This document shows positions 12,433 to 25,024 of a DNA stretch of 64,000 nt, piece by piece. The DNA lies in NCBI GenBank assembly GCA_038087875.1, contig CM075987.1:27220001-27284000 (forward strand). The letters are read 5' to 3'. Position numbers and translations under genes: made by a program. This DNA is from Malacoraja senta. Taxonomy: Eukaryota. Each line of letters starts with the position of its first letter. Within the stretch, counting starts at the first letter, position 1. The notes beneath the pieces were generated by a model. That model saw only the letters and a list, made by a program, of their open reading frames with translations. It searched no databases and was not told where the DNA came from.

Positions 12433-12790
12433 ATAGTGAAAGGCCTGGATAGAGTGGATGTGGGGGACGATGTTCCCACTAGTGGGAGAGTCGAGGACTA
12501 GAGGTCACAGCCTCAGAATTAAATGACGTTCCTTCAGGAAGGAGATGAGGAGGAATGTCTTTAGTCATAGGGTGGTGAATCTGTGGAATTCATTGCCACA
12601 GAAAGCTGTGGAGGCCAAGTCAATGGATAAATTTAAGGCAGATTGACAGATTCTTGATTAGTGTCAGGGGTCAGGGGTTATGGGGAGAAGGCAGGAAAAT
12701 GGGGTTAGGAGGGAAAGATAGATCAGCTATGATTGAATGGTGGAGTAGACTTGATGGGCTGAATGGTCTAATTCTGCTCCTATGACATGA
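12433..12790 (+). mobile_element. CR1 3' fragment abutting a PNPLA7 splice acceptor
   Basis: atagtgaaaggcctggatagagtggatg... through the 3' UTR. Confidence 0.85.
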
Positions 12791-13039
12791 GTTTATGTGA
12801 AGGCAGCAATCGCTATGTTCTGTTGGAGCAGAGTTAGTGTGGCTTTAGTTGTGACTGTGGAGTGAACGGCCCTTTCACAGCAGCTGAAGGCTCAAGGCCA
12901 ACTGGAAGAATGCCATTCACGACTCGCACATTGACTGGTGACTCACACTGTGGTATAAACCACACACACAACAGCACACGCCAGACCCCACGTCTGTCAA
13001 CTATGTTTCAACTAAATTTAAAACGGTAATGAGAACACA

Positions 13040-13335
13040 GCACGGTTGTGCAGCGGTAGAGTTGCTGCCTCACAGCACCAGAGACCCAGGTTCCATCCTG
13101 AACTATGGGTGCTGTCTGTACGGAGTTTGCACGTTCTCCCCGTGACCCGGGTTTTCTCCGGGTGCTCCGGTTACCTCCCACACTTCAAAGACGTACAGAT
13201 TTGTAGCTTAACTGGCTTTGGTAAAATTGTAAATTGTCCCTAGTGTGTGTAGAGTGCGGGGATCACTGGTCGGCACGGACTCGATGGGCCGAAAGGCCTG
13301 TTTCTGCGCTGTATCTTTAAACTGGACTAAACTAA
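13040..13335 (+). mobile_element. HE1 SINE
   Basis: Same consensus as 26452-26772. Confidence 0.85.
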
Positions 13336-13849
13336 CCACAATTCAGTATTAAAACTGGCCAACAGAGGTATGGCTCTCAGTCCAATCAATAGCTTTGTGC
13401 ACAGTTGGACATCCAACTTCTAACTGGAACCCACATGCATTTTGGGAGCAAAGGAAAGATCTCTCTGCTGTTGACTAAACTGATCCATAGCAAGATGGAA
13501 AATAGGGTCAGTCAATATTGGTTGCCTAGATGAGGTCAGGATCTGGTGCTGTCTGGCTAGGTTCATACAAGAGCAACAGTTGCTGGACAAATATATCCAA
13601 GGGGTGTTTGTCACTGGACCTCATCTTCAGAACATCTTCAGAAACATCTCCAGAGATGCTGCCTGACCTGCCGAGTTACTCCAGCGCTTTGTGTCCTTTG
13701 TGTCTTACGGGTGCTGTCTGTACGGAGTTTGCACGTTCTTCCTGTGGCCTGCGTGGGTTTTCTCTGGGAAGCACCGGTTTCCTCCCACATCCCAAAGACG
13801 TGCAGGTTTGTAGTTTAATTGGCTTGGTAAAAATTGTAAATTGTCCTAG

Positions 13850-14188
13850 TGGTAGATGCACAGAGTCTCTTGCCCAGAGTAGGGGAATCGAGGGCCAGAG
13901 GACACAGGTTCAAGGTGAAGGGGAAAAGATTTAATGGGAATCTGAGGGGTAACTAGTTCACACAAAGGGTGGTGGGTGTATGGAACAAGCTGCCAGAGGA
14001 GGCAGTTGAGGCTGGGGACTATCCCAACATTTAAGAAACAGACAGGTACATGGATAGGACATGTTTGGAGGGATATGGACCAAACGCAGGCAGGTGGGAC
14101 TAGTGTAGCTGGGACATGTTGGCCAGTGTGGGCAAGTTGGGCCGTTGGGCCGAAGGGCCTGTTTCCACGCTGCATCACTCTATGACAC
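13850..14188 (+). mobile_element. CR1 3' fragment inserted into an HE1 SINE
   Basis: SINE sequence resumes at ctagtgtgtgtaggatag after the CR1 tail. Confidence 0.8.
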
Positions 14189-14266
14189 TAGTGTGTGTAG
14201 GATAGTGCTCGTGTGCGGAGATTGTCGTACAGAGTCTTTGTGCAGTGTTTAAAGTTCAATACTCAC

Positions 14267-14348
14267 CGTCCATAGCAAGGATCTTTGCAGGCTCGATTCT
14301 GGAGACTATTTCAGCCAGATCAGTGAAGGTGGTGTTCGGACAAGTGAC
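14267..14348 (-). CDS. PNPLA7: PNPLA7 exon [27 protein letters not shown](D)
   Basis: ccaacag|GTC acceptor, G|gtgagt donor; 82 nt; conserved [13 protein letters not shown]. Not present in the ORF track. Confidence 0.92.
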
Positions 14349-14580
14349 CTGTTGGAAGGAGAGTATTGATGTTATACAGAGCAGGAGAGAAATACTTTTT
14401 CCTTATATCATCTATTATTATATTGTGTTCCCAGTTTAGCTGCAACAGAAATACAACTATCCCTTTGCCTCCACAGATGCTGCTTGACCTGCTGAGTTTC
14501 TCCAGTTGTTCTGGGCAAGGCACAAACAGCTTAGCCAGTCACCCTCTGAGAGATCCTCCCTTAAAACACCAGGTGCCACA

Positions 14581-15134
14581 GGGCGGCAAGGTGGCGCAGC
14601 GGTAGAGTTGCTGCCTTACAGCGCCAGAGACCCAGGTTTGACCCTGACTACTGGGGCTGCCTCTATGGAGTTTGCACGTTCTCCCTGTGACCACGTGGGT
14701 TTTCTCCGGGTGCTCCGGTTTCCCCCCACACTCCAAAGACGTACGGGTTTGTAGGTTAATTGGCCTTTGGTAAAATTTGTAAATTGGCCCCAGTGTATAG
14801 GATAGTGCTAGTGTACGGGGAATGCTGGTCGGCACGCACTCGGTGGGCCAAGGGGCCTGTTTCTGCACTGTATCTCTAAACTGAATTGGAGCTTTACAAC
14901 GTCAGAGACCCGGGTTCGATTCTAACTACGGGTACTGTCCGTACGGAGTTTGTACGTTCTCCCGCGACCTGCGTGGGTTTTCTCCGGGTGCCCTGATATC
15001 CTCCCACATCCCAAAGACTTGCAGGTTTGTAGGCTAATTGGCTTCTGTAAATTGATGTGTAGGATAGAACAAGTGTACGGGCACGGACATGATGGGCCAA
15101 AGGGCCCCTTTCTACGGTACATCTCTAAACTAAA
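14581..15134 (+). mobile_element. Two tandem HE1 SINEs
   Basis: Same consensus; copies at ~14581-14884 and ~14893-15134. Confidence 0.85.
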
Positions 15135-16423
15135 CAACTGACATCCGCTGTGCGCACCCAGCTTTTATCACCAACGTTTGCGTTTGAATTGACAGTAAGC
15201 TAAATGATCTACTCGCATTACAGCAAGAGCACGTGATGCTTTTAACAGAGAAAAACATTAAAATCACATAACTGCAATGAGCAGTAATAAGCAGAAAAAA
15301 TTTACAAAGAGAACCCTCGTCTCCTCCCAATCAACTTCAGAATAGAATTTAAGCAGCTGTGATAGGTGAAAAGGAGGAGAAAATGATGGGAGAAATTCCG
15401 AGGTTTGGAAGTAGACAAACCAAGAAAGGGCAATGTGAAATGGGCAAGAACTTGTCACCTTCACCCTGTGGGTGGCACAGTGGGTAGAGTTGCTGCCTCA
15501 CAGCGCCAGAGACCCGGGTTCAATCCTGACCTCGGGCACGATCTATGTGGAGTTTGCACCTTCTCCCCGTGACGGCGTGGGTTTCCTCCCACATCGCAAA
15601 GACGTGCGGGTGTGTAGGTTAACCGGCCCTCTGTGAAACTGCCAAGAGAGGTGGGGGGCTACCGAGAGGGTGGGGGATCACGAGAGGGGAGTTTGCACCG
15701 AGACAGGGAAGGAAATACCCAGCGGTGGAGGGGATGCTCAGAGAGGAGGGGGATGCCCGGAGACAGGGGGGGGGGGGGGGGAGATTGCTGAGAGGGGGGG
15801 GAGATTGAGAGAGAAGGGCTGGGAGGGGGGAGGGGGGGAGATGTCAATAGGATGCTGCCGAGCCTCTTGAATCATTTGCTTTTATTCCACTACCTCCAGC
15901 GTCTGCTATATTTTTCATTTTCATCTGTCCAACCCTCCCCTTCAGCCACGTGGCTGGAAAGACCAAGCAGGATCCGTGAGCAGATCCTGGAGGGTCTGGG
16001 CAGCAGCTGCTTCAAACACAGGAATGTTAGCTCTAATGATTCTGCAGGCAGCACAATCAAATGAGAATCGCAGTCAAGAGACAAGTACTGTGAACTGCAA
16101 ACAGCTTGGGTCTCTTGTAAACCAGACGAATCCTACAGCAGAACCAAAGTAAGTTATTAATTTGCAATTTGAAAGGAAGAGTGGCTCTGGTGGAATTGTT
16201 CTTTGTTAGACGGCTGCTGGGAGATTACAGTCATTATTACTGATCGGCAATAGACAATAGGTGCAGGAGTAGGCCATTCGGCCCTTCGAGCCATTCAATG
16301 TGTTCATGGCTGATCATCCCCAATCAGTACCCCGTTCCTGACTTCTCCCCATATCCCCTGACTCCGCTATCTTTAAGAGCACTTGTGAATGGAACTGCTA
16401 CTGGGAACAGCGATTCATTGTCG

Positions 16424-16823
16424 TGATAGTCCCAGCCTCAACTACCTCCTCCGGCAGCTCGTTCCATACACCCACCACCCTTTGTGTGAAAATGTTAGCC
16501 CTCAGATCCCTATAAAATCTTTCCCTCCTCACCTTAAACCAATGTCCTCTGGTTCTTGATTCCCCTACACTGGGTTAAAGACTCTGCATTTACCTTATCT
16601 TTTCCTCTCATGTTTTACATCCCTCATAAGATCACCCCTCTTCCTCCTGCGCTCCAAGCAATAAAGTCCTAGCGTGCTTAACTTCTCCCTGTAGCTCAGG
16701 CCCTGGAGTCCTGGCAACATCCTCGTAAATCTTCTCTGCACCCTTTCAAACACTTAACATCTTTCGTAGAATAAGGTGACCAAAACTGAACACAATACTC
16801 TAAATGTGGCCTCTCCAATGTCT
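16424..16823 (-). mobile_element. CR1 LINE fragment, head-to-head with the 16824 copy
   Basis: Reverse complement of CR1 ORF2 C-terminal sequence. Confidence 0.85.
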
Positions 16824-17716
16824 TGCACAAAAGTGGGTGGATTTGCAGATAGTGAAGATGGTTGTGAAAAATTGCAGCAGGATCTGGATCGATTGGCCTT
16901 GTGGGCTGAGGAATGGTTGATGGAATTTAATACAGAGAAATGTGAGGTGTTGCATTTTGGGAAGTCGAACACGGGCAGGACCTACACAGTGAATGGCAGG
17001 GCTCTGGGGAGTGTTGTAGAGCAGAAGGATCTAGGGGTGCAGGTGCATGGTTCCTTGAAGGTGGAGTCGCAGGTGGTCAAAAAGGCCTTTGGCACATTGG
17101 CCTTCATCAGTCAGAGCATTGAGTATTGGGAGGTCATGTTGCAGTTGTATAAGACGTTGGTGAGACCACATTTAGAATATTGTGTTCAGTTCTGGGCACC
17201 ACGTTATAGGAAAGATGTTGTAAAGCTTGAATGGGCGCAGAGAAGATTTACGAGGATGTTGCCAGGACTAGAGGGTGTGAGCAATAGGGAGAGGTTGAGT
17301 AGGCTGGGTCTTTATTCCTTGGAGTTTAGGAGGATGAGGGGTGATCTTATAGAGGTGTATAAAATGATGAGAGAAATAGATCGAGTGGATGAACAGAGTC
17401 TCTTGCCCAGAGTAAGGGAATCAAGGACCAGAGGACACAGGTTTAAGGTGAAGGGGAAAAGATTTAATAAGAATCTGAGGGGTAACATTTTCACACAAGA
17501 GTGGTGGGTGTATGGAACAAGCTGCCAGAGGAGGTAGTTGAGGCTGGGACTATCCCAATGTTTAAGAAACAGTTAGACAGGTACATGGATAGGAGAAGTT
17601 TGGTGGGATATGGACCAAAGGCAGGCAGGTGGGACTAGTGTAGCTGGGACATGTTGTCCGGTGTGGGCAGGTTGGGCCGAAGGGCCTGTTTCCACACTGT
17701 ATCACTATGATTCTAT
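16824..17716 (+). mobile_element. CR1 LINE 3' fragment
   Basis: RT C-terminal motifs RPHLEYCVQFW and RGDLIEVYK plus the typical 3' UTR. Confidence 0.9.
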
Positions 17717-17892
17717 AATTGTAACATGACGGCCCATGGCCAACCAGGTCTCACAAGGATTGGGACCACCATAGTTGATCAATCAAATTAAAAAATGTGG
17801 ACAAACGAAAACAAAAGGAGCGTTTCTAAAGCAGCCATCTTTATTTGAAACATACAAAATGTACCATGTGGTGACAGAGTTTTGATGAAAAG

Positions 17893-18183
17893 ATGCAGCA
17901 TGGAAACAGGCCCTTCGGCCCGCTGAGTCCATGCCGGCCAGCGATCATTTGTTCACACTAGTTCTATGTCATTCCACTTCCTCATCCACTCCCTACACAC
18001 CAGGTGCATTTTACAGGGGACAGTTAATCTACAAACCCACCAGTCCCTTGGGACGTGGGGGGGAAACCTGAGCACCCGGAGGAAAGCCACGCAGTCACAG
18101 GGAGAACATGCAAACTCTGCACAGACAGCACCCGAGGTGAGGATGGAACCCGGGTGTCTGGCGCTGTGAGGCAGAGGCGCTAC
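17893..18183 (-). mobile_element. HE1-related SINE
   Basis: Reverse complement of the consensus. Confidence 0.8.
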
Positions 18184-18692
18184 AAGCCTTGACAGGGAGA
18201 CTTCACAATCAAAGTTAGCGCACAGCATTGTAGCTAGTCTGTTGTCATGGATACTGGACAATCACTTACACATTTGCATTTGAAATGTTTAGTAAAGCAA
18301 TTCAAATTCAGTGGCATCCAGAATTTTACAAATAAATGTACATGGAATATCATGCACAGTGAAAAGGCGATGAAAGAAAATATTCTGTTTTATGTTTAAA
18401 GGCACAAATCAAATGTAGCTGACTAGTAGAAACCAATTGTGAGCTGTGAGCCAGTGAGCAACTTGGACGATGGGTTTCCTTCAGCTGATTTTTGAACAGA
18501 AGAAAGGTCATAAAAAAAAGACTCAAACTGAATACAGATGATCAGTCTTCATTTGTATGTGTATTTGAAGTGTAGCTAATACACGTTGTGAGTTATTAGA
18601 GTTCACCAGTGAGGAGAATGCTGGCTGTAGTAAAAGCACTTCAGCATTCAGGTACTCACTCAAACATAAATATTAACATAAATACAAACATA

Positions 18693-21257
18693 AACAGTAG
18701 TAGTGGAGTTGGGGATGGCATCAAACAGGAAATTAGAAATGCGTGCAACAAAGGGAAAACCATTATAATGGGTGACTTCAATCTACATATAGATTGGGTG
18801 AATCAAATTGGCAGGTGTGCTGAGGAAGAGGATTTCTTGGAATGTATGTGGGATAGTTATCTAAACCAACATGTAGAGGAACCAACGAGAGAGCAGGCTA
18901 TTCTAGACTGGGTATTGAGTAATGAGGAAGGGTTAGTTAGCAGTCTTGTTGTACGTGGTCCCTTGGGCAAGAGTGACCATAATATGGTTGAGTTCTTCAT
19001 TAGGATGGAGAGTGACATTGTTAATTCAGTCCTGAACTTAAAGAAAGGTGACTTTGAGGGTGTGAGACGTGAATTGGCCAAGATAGACTGGCCAATGATT
19101 CTTAAAGGGTTGACGGTGGATATGCAATGGAAGGCATTTAAAAACTGCATGGATGAACTACAACAAGTGTTCATCCCAGTTTGGCAAAAGAATAAATCAG
19201 GGAAGGTAGTGCATCCGTTGATAACAAGGGAAATCAGGGATAGTATCAAAACAAAAGAGGAAGCCTACAAATTAGCCAGAACAAGCAGCCTACCAGAGGA
19301 CTGGGAGAAATTCAGAGTCCAACAGAGGAGGTCAAAAGGCTTAATTAGGAAAGGGAAAATAGATTATGAAAGAAAACTGGCAGGGAACATAAAAACTGAC
19401 TGCAAAAGATTTTATAGATATGTCAAGAGGAAAAGATTAGTTAAAACAAATGTAGGTCCCTTGCAGTCAGAAACAGGCGAATTGATCATGGGGAACAAGG
19501 ACATGGCAGACCAATTGAATAATTACTTTGGTTCTGTCTTCACTAAGGAAGACATAAATAATCTGCCGGAAATAGCAAGGGACCGGGGGTTAAATGAGAC
19601 GGAGGAACTGAGTGAAATCCAGGTTAGCCGGGAAGTGGTGTTAGGTAAATTGAATGGATTAAAGGCCGATAAATCCCCAGGGCCGGATAAGTTGCATCCC
19701 AGAGTACTTAAGGAAGTAGCCACAGAAATAGTGGATGCATTAGTGATAATTTTTCAAAACTCTTTAGATTCTGGAGTAGTTCCTGAGGACTGGAGGGTAG
19801 CTAATGTAACCCCACTTTTTAAAAAGGGAGGGAGAGAGAAAACGGGGAATTACAGACCAGTTAGTCTAACATCGGTGGTGGGGAAAATTCTGGAGTCAGT
19901 TATTAAAGATGGGATAGCAGCACATTTGGAAAGTGGTGAAATCATTGGACAAAGTCAGCATGGATTTACGAAAGGTAAATCATGTCTGACGAATCTTATA
20001 GAATTTTTCGAGGATGTAACTAGTAGAGTGGATAAGGGAGAACCAGTGGATGTGTTATATCTGGACTTTCAGAAGGCTTTCGACAAGGTCCCACATAAGA
20101 GATTAGCATACAAACTTAAAGCACATGGTATTGGGGGTTCAGTATTGATGTGGATAGAGAACTGGCTGGCAGACAGGAAGCAAAGAGTAGGAGTAAACGG
20201 GTCCTTTTCAGAATGGCAGGCAGTGACTAGTGGGGTACCGCAAGGCTCAGTGCTGGGACCCCAGCTATTTACAATATATATTAATGATCTGGATGAGGGA
20301 ATTGAATGCAACATCTCCAAGTTTGTGGATGACACGAAGCTGGGGGGCAGTGTTAGCTGTGAGGAGGATGCTAGGAGGCTGCAAGGTGACTTGGATAGGT
20401 TGGGTGAGTGGGCAAAGGCATGGCAGATGCAGTATAATGTGGATAAATGTGAGGTTATCCACTTTGGTGGCAAAAACAGGAAAGTAGACTATTATATGAA
20501 TGGTGGCCGATTAGGAAAAGGGGAGATGCAACGAGACCTGGGTGTCATGGTACACCAGTCATTGAAAGTAGGAATGAAGGTGCAGCAGGCAGTGAAGAAA
20601 GCAAATGGTATGTTAGCATTCATAACAAAAGGATTTGAGTATAAGAGCAGGGAGGTTCTACTGCAGTTGTACAGGGTCTTGGTGAGACCACACCTGGAGT
20701 ACTGCGTACAGTTTTGGTCTCCTAATCTGAGGAAAGACATTCTTGCCATAGAGGGAGTACAGAGAAGGTTCACCAGACTGATTCCTGGGATGGCAGGACT
20801 TTCATATGAGGAAAGACTGGATAGACTCGGCTTGTACACGTTGGAATTCAGAAGACTGAGGGGGGATGTTATAGAAACTTACAAAATTCTTAAGGGGTTG
20901 GACAGGCTAGATGCAGGAAGATTATTCCCGATGTTGGGGAAGTCCAGAACTAGGGGTCACAGTTTAAGGATAAGAGGGAAGACTTTTAGGACCGAGATGA
21001 GGAAATCATTTTTTACACAGAGTGGTGAATCTGTGGAATTCTCTGCCACAGAAGGTAGTTGAGGCCAGTTCATTGGCTATATTTAAGAGGGAGTTAGATG
21101 TGGCCCTTGTGGCTAAAGGGATCAGGGGGTATGGAGAGAAGGCAGGGATGGGATAGTGAGTTGGATGATCAGCCATGATCATATCAAATGGCGGTGCAGG
21201 CTCGAAGGGCCGAATGGCCTCCTCCTGCACCTATTTTCCATGTTTCTATGTTTCTAT
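18693..21257 (+). mobile_element. CR1/HER1-type LINE, 5'-truncated, slightly decayed (FVDD, 9-bp deletion, terminal frameshift)
   Basis: ORF 18609-21062 aligns by eye with the 37161 copy; (tgtttcta)n tail. Confidence 0.95.
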
Positions 21258-21282
21258 AACAAATTATGACTGCAACCAGATT

Positions 21283-21589
21283 AGCATGGTGGCGCAGCGG
21301 TAGAGTTGCTGTCTCACAGCGCCAGAGACCCGGGTTCAATCCTGACCATGGGTGCTGTCAGTACAGAGTTTGTACGTTCTCCCTGTGATCACGTGGGTTT
21401 TCTCCGGGTGCTCCGGTTTGCTCCCACACTTCAAAGACGTACGGTTTTGTAAGTTAATTGGCTTCCGTAATATTGCAAATTGTAAAATTGTCCCTAGTGT
21501 GTAGGATAGTGCTATCGTGCGGGGATTGTTGGTCGGTGCGGACTCGGTGGGCCGAAGGGTGTGTTTCCGCGCTGTATCTCTAAACTAAA
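21283..21589 (+). mobile_element. HE1 SINE
   Basis: Same consensus. Confidence 0.85.
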
Positions 21590-21809
21590 GATCAAGAAGA
21601 GTTCTACCAAACACTGTATGAGCGGCGCGTGCGTACACACACTCACACGGGACAAAACGCATGCACAGGTCACGGGGAGAACGTACAAACTCCGTTCAGA
21701 CAGCACCCGTAGTCAGGATGGAACCCAGATCTCTGGGGCAGTAAAGCAGCAACTCTACCGCTGCACCACCGTGCCTCCCCAGGTGATTGAAACTGAAAGC
21801 CAAACTTAC

Positions 21810-21926
21810 ATCAGAGGGCCGTGTCTTGGCAACCTGGTCAATGGGCCTGTCTTTCAGGATCTTGTCAATGACTCCGTTCCTATTCCACAACTCAAACAGT
21901 GTCTTCCCATGCTGGTACCCGACCTC
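21810..21926 (-). CDS. PNPLA7: PNPLA7 exon EVGYQHGKTLFELWNRNGVIDKILKDRPIDQVAKTRPSD
   Basis: cccacag|GAG acceptor, GAT|gtaagt donor; 117 nt. Confidence 0.93.
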
Positions 21927-22504
21927 CTGTGGGAAGAAAGGGTGAAAGATCATTTGAAAAGCAACGCTGTTAAGAGCATAAAACTAATAGGATATAGGAG
22001 CAGAATCAGGCCATTCAGCCCATCAAGTCTACTCCGCCATTCAATCATGGCTGATTCATTCAACCAATCATTCCTATTCTCCTGTCGTGACCCGAAACAT
22101 CGCCCGTTCCTTCTCTCCAGACATGCTGCCTCACCCGCTGAGTTATTCCACCATTTTGTCTACCTTTGATTTAAAGTTCTTATGTATACACATATGTATA
22201 TGTGTATGCGTGTATATGTGTGTGTGTGAGAGAGCGTGTGTGAGTGTGTGTGAGATTGTGTGAAAGTGTGCGAGAGAGGGAGAGAGTGAGAGTGTGTGAG
22301 TGTGTAAGTGTGTACATATATATAGTTACATATACACTGAAGTGTTTCAGTAGTTTATGATGATGTTTACAGAGTACTATGTTCACGTATCAGTTGTGCT
22401 GCTGCAAGTATGAACATCATTGTTCTGTTCCAGGGTATATGACAATAAAACACTCTTGATTAAAGGTACAGATAACAATCAGGGTGCCACAGAAATCTAC
22501 TTAC

Positions 22505-22657
22505 AGCAATTTCATTGAATTTTCCGAACTCCAGCGTTCCGTAGCGATCGATGGGGGGCCTGATGTACTCACAGTAGTCGCTGTTCTTCACCACCTCCAG
22601 CTGCCGCACGCAGCAGACGTAAGCCAGCCGCGTCTGGATCTCAGCCATGCCCAGAAC
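22505..22657 (-). CDS. PNPLA7: PNPLA7 exon [51 protein letters not shown]
   Basis: ctgcag|GTT acceptor, GCT|gtaagt donor; 153 nt. Confidence 0.95.
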
Positions 22658-22847
22658 CTGCAGGTCATAGAGTCGCAGAGTGATACAGAGTGGAAACTTG
22701 CCCACACCGGCCAACTTGTCCCAACTACACTAGTCCCACTTCTGTACCTCTTGCCAGATTTGAGAGGGGAGAATTGGGAGTGGCCGGGCTGAGACTGGTC
22801 CTTCATTATGCTGCTGGCCTTGTCGAGGCAGCATGAAGTGTAGATAG

Positions 22848-22848
22848 C

Positions 22849-22880
<32 letters not shown>

Positions 22881-23090
22881 CTGTGTGTGTGAGTGTGCGT
22901 GTGCGTGTTAGTTGTGTGTATGTTAGCTGTCTTTGCGTGATGTGTGTGTGTGAGAGGGAAGGAGAGAAAGAAGGGAGGGTGGGAAGGAGAGAAGGGAAAA
23001 GAGAGAGAGGAAGGAAGGAGGGAAGGAGAGAAGGGAGTGAGGGAAGGAGAGAAGGGAGGGAGGGAAGAAGGGAAGGAGAGAAGGGAGGGA
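22848..23090. repeat. (GT)n microsatellite followed by a polypurine (GGAA/GA) tract
   Basis: Directly visible low-complexity sequence. Confidence 0.9.
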
Positions 23091-24752
23091 GTGGGCCGGC
23101 GGCGGGAGAGGATGCCAGGGTCCAGGCGGACGCGTGTGAGCTGAGGCCGTGGTTTGTAAACGTTGCTCCAAACCCCGGCCCTCCCTGTATTGTTCACCGC
23201 GTCTCCCTGGGGAGAGAGAGGGGTGGAGCCGGGGCTGTGTGTGTGAAGCACGGCGACTGGAGGGGCGGGAGCGTGAGGGAACGACCCACCTCCCCCTCTC
23301 CCCCTTACACCCCCTTCCCCGTCTACCCCATTCTTCCCCCTCTACTCTCTCCCCCGTCCCCCTTGGATTACTCTAGCGCGGGGTCCAATTGGCCGGCCCT
23401 GGGCGTTGGTGTGCTTTCTTGGTCCTTGCTTTGATGTGGCTGGTCCAGGAGAAGTTACTGGTGATATTTATTCCTGAGAATTTGGAGAACATGCCTTCCA
23501 ACTCTTCCACCTTCCTCTGGCACTGGAAATGAGCTGAGGCTGGCACAGGATCATATTGAACGGTGGGGCAGGATTGAGGGGCCGAGTGGCCCACTCCTGC
23601 TCCTATTTACATTTGCTCTTCCGTTTTAACTTGTGCTGCCATCATCGTAGCTAAACCTCCGTCCTTGTCACCTAGCAACACAGTGCTTGCATCATCTCTA
23701 CATGAAATGTTGGCTGAATTACACCAGTCTGATTATTCTGCTGGGATTCTCTCCATGGTTTAGTCACACCTAGAACCTTCTCAAATATCTGCACTTCTCC
23801 ACATCTGGACACTTACACATCTTAATTTCCTTTACTTCTCTATTATGGAGATACATTCATTTGCCTAGGCTCTGGAATATACACCAGCCTACAACATTCA
23901 TGTCTATAGTGGCATCTACGAGACTTCTGGATTGGAATTCAGTTTAGTTTAAAGTTGTCACTTGTACCGAGGTACAGTGAAAAGCTTTTGTTGCGTGCTA
24001 ACCAGTCAGCGGAAAGAATATACATAATTACATAAGGTCATAAGCAATAGGAGTAGAATTAGGCCATTCGGCCCATCAAGTCTACTCCGCCACTTAATCA
24101 TGGCTGATCTAGCTTTCCCTCCTAACCCCATTCTCCTGCCTTCTCCCCATAACCCCCTGACACCCGTACTAATCAAGAATCTATCTATCCCTGCCTTAAA
24201 AATATCCATTGACTTGGCCTCCACAGCCTTCTGTGGCAAATAAATCCACAGATTCACCACCCTCTGACTAAAGAGATTTCTCCTCATCTCCTTCCTAAAT
24301 TTACTTCCTTCCATTCTGAGGATCTATGACATCCAGTCCTAGACTCTCCCACTAGTGGAGAAATCCTCTCCACATCCACTCTATCCAAGCCGACCACAGT
24401 GCACAGAGGAAATGTTGCTGTTGGGAGTATAGATGTAAAAGAGTGGAGTGATTGACTATCTCACACAGAGTCGCCCGTGTTGGGCGCCATCTTGCCTGGA
24501 TTGGCATGTGGATATGCAGGGAATGGAGGGATATGGATTAGGTGCAGGCAGATAAGAGATGGTCTTGACATCATGTACAGCACAGACATTGTGGGCCGAA
24601 GGGTCTGTTCTTGAGCTGTACTGCTCTATGGTCTCTCCTCCTCGACGCAAGTTATTCATTCCAATCTCTCTACTTGGTATCTTATTGGACCCCATAACCC
24701 CTCAAAACCACTTCAGCACCTTTAGAGGCACAACTCAATGATGTTGAGAATT

Positions 24753-25024
24753 GGGGCGGCACGGTGGCGCAGCGGTAGAGTTGCTGCCTCACTGCGCCAG
24801 AGACCCGGGTTCCATCCTGACTACGGGTGCTGTCTGTACGGAGTTAGTACGTTCTCCCCGTGACCGCCTGTGTTTTCTCCAAGATCTTCGGGTTTCCTTC
24901 CACACTCCAAAGACGTACAGGTTTGCAGGTTAATTGGCTTGGTATAAATGTGAATTGTCCCTAGTGTCACGGACTTGTGGGCCGAAAGGCCTGTTTCCGT
25001 GCTGCATCTCTAAACTAAACTAAA
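24753..25024 (+). mobile_element. HE1 SINE
   Basis: Same consensus. Confidence 0.85.

Noticed and set aside
18609..18692. N-terminal extension (MRRMLAVV...NINININT) of the 817-aa ORF
   Set aside because: Flanking AT-rich sequence read in frame into a 5'-truncated LINE; not part of the element.
22730..23434. 173-aa and 193-aa ORFs
   Set aside because: Low-complexity microsatellite and polypurine translations.
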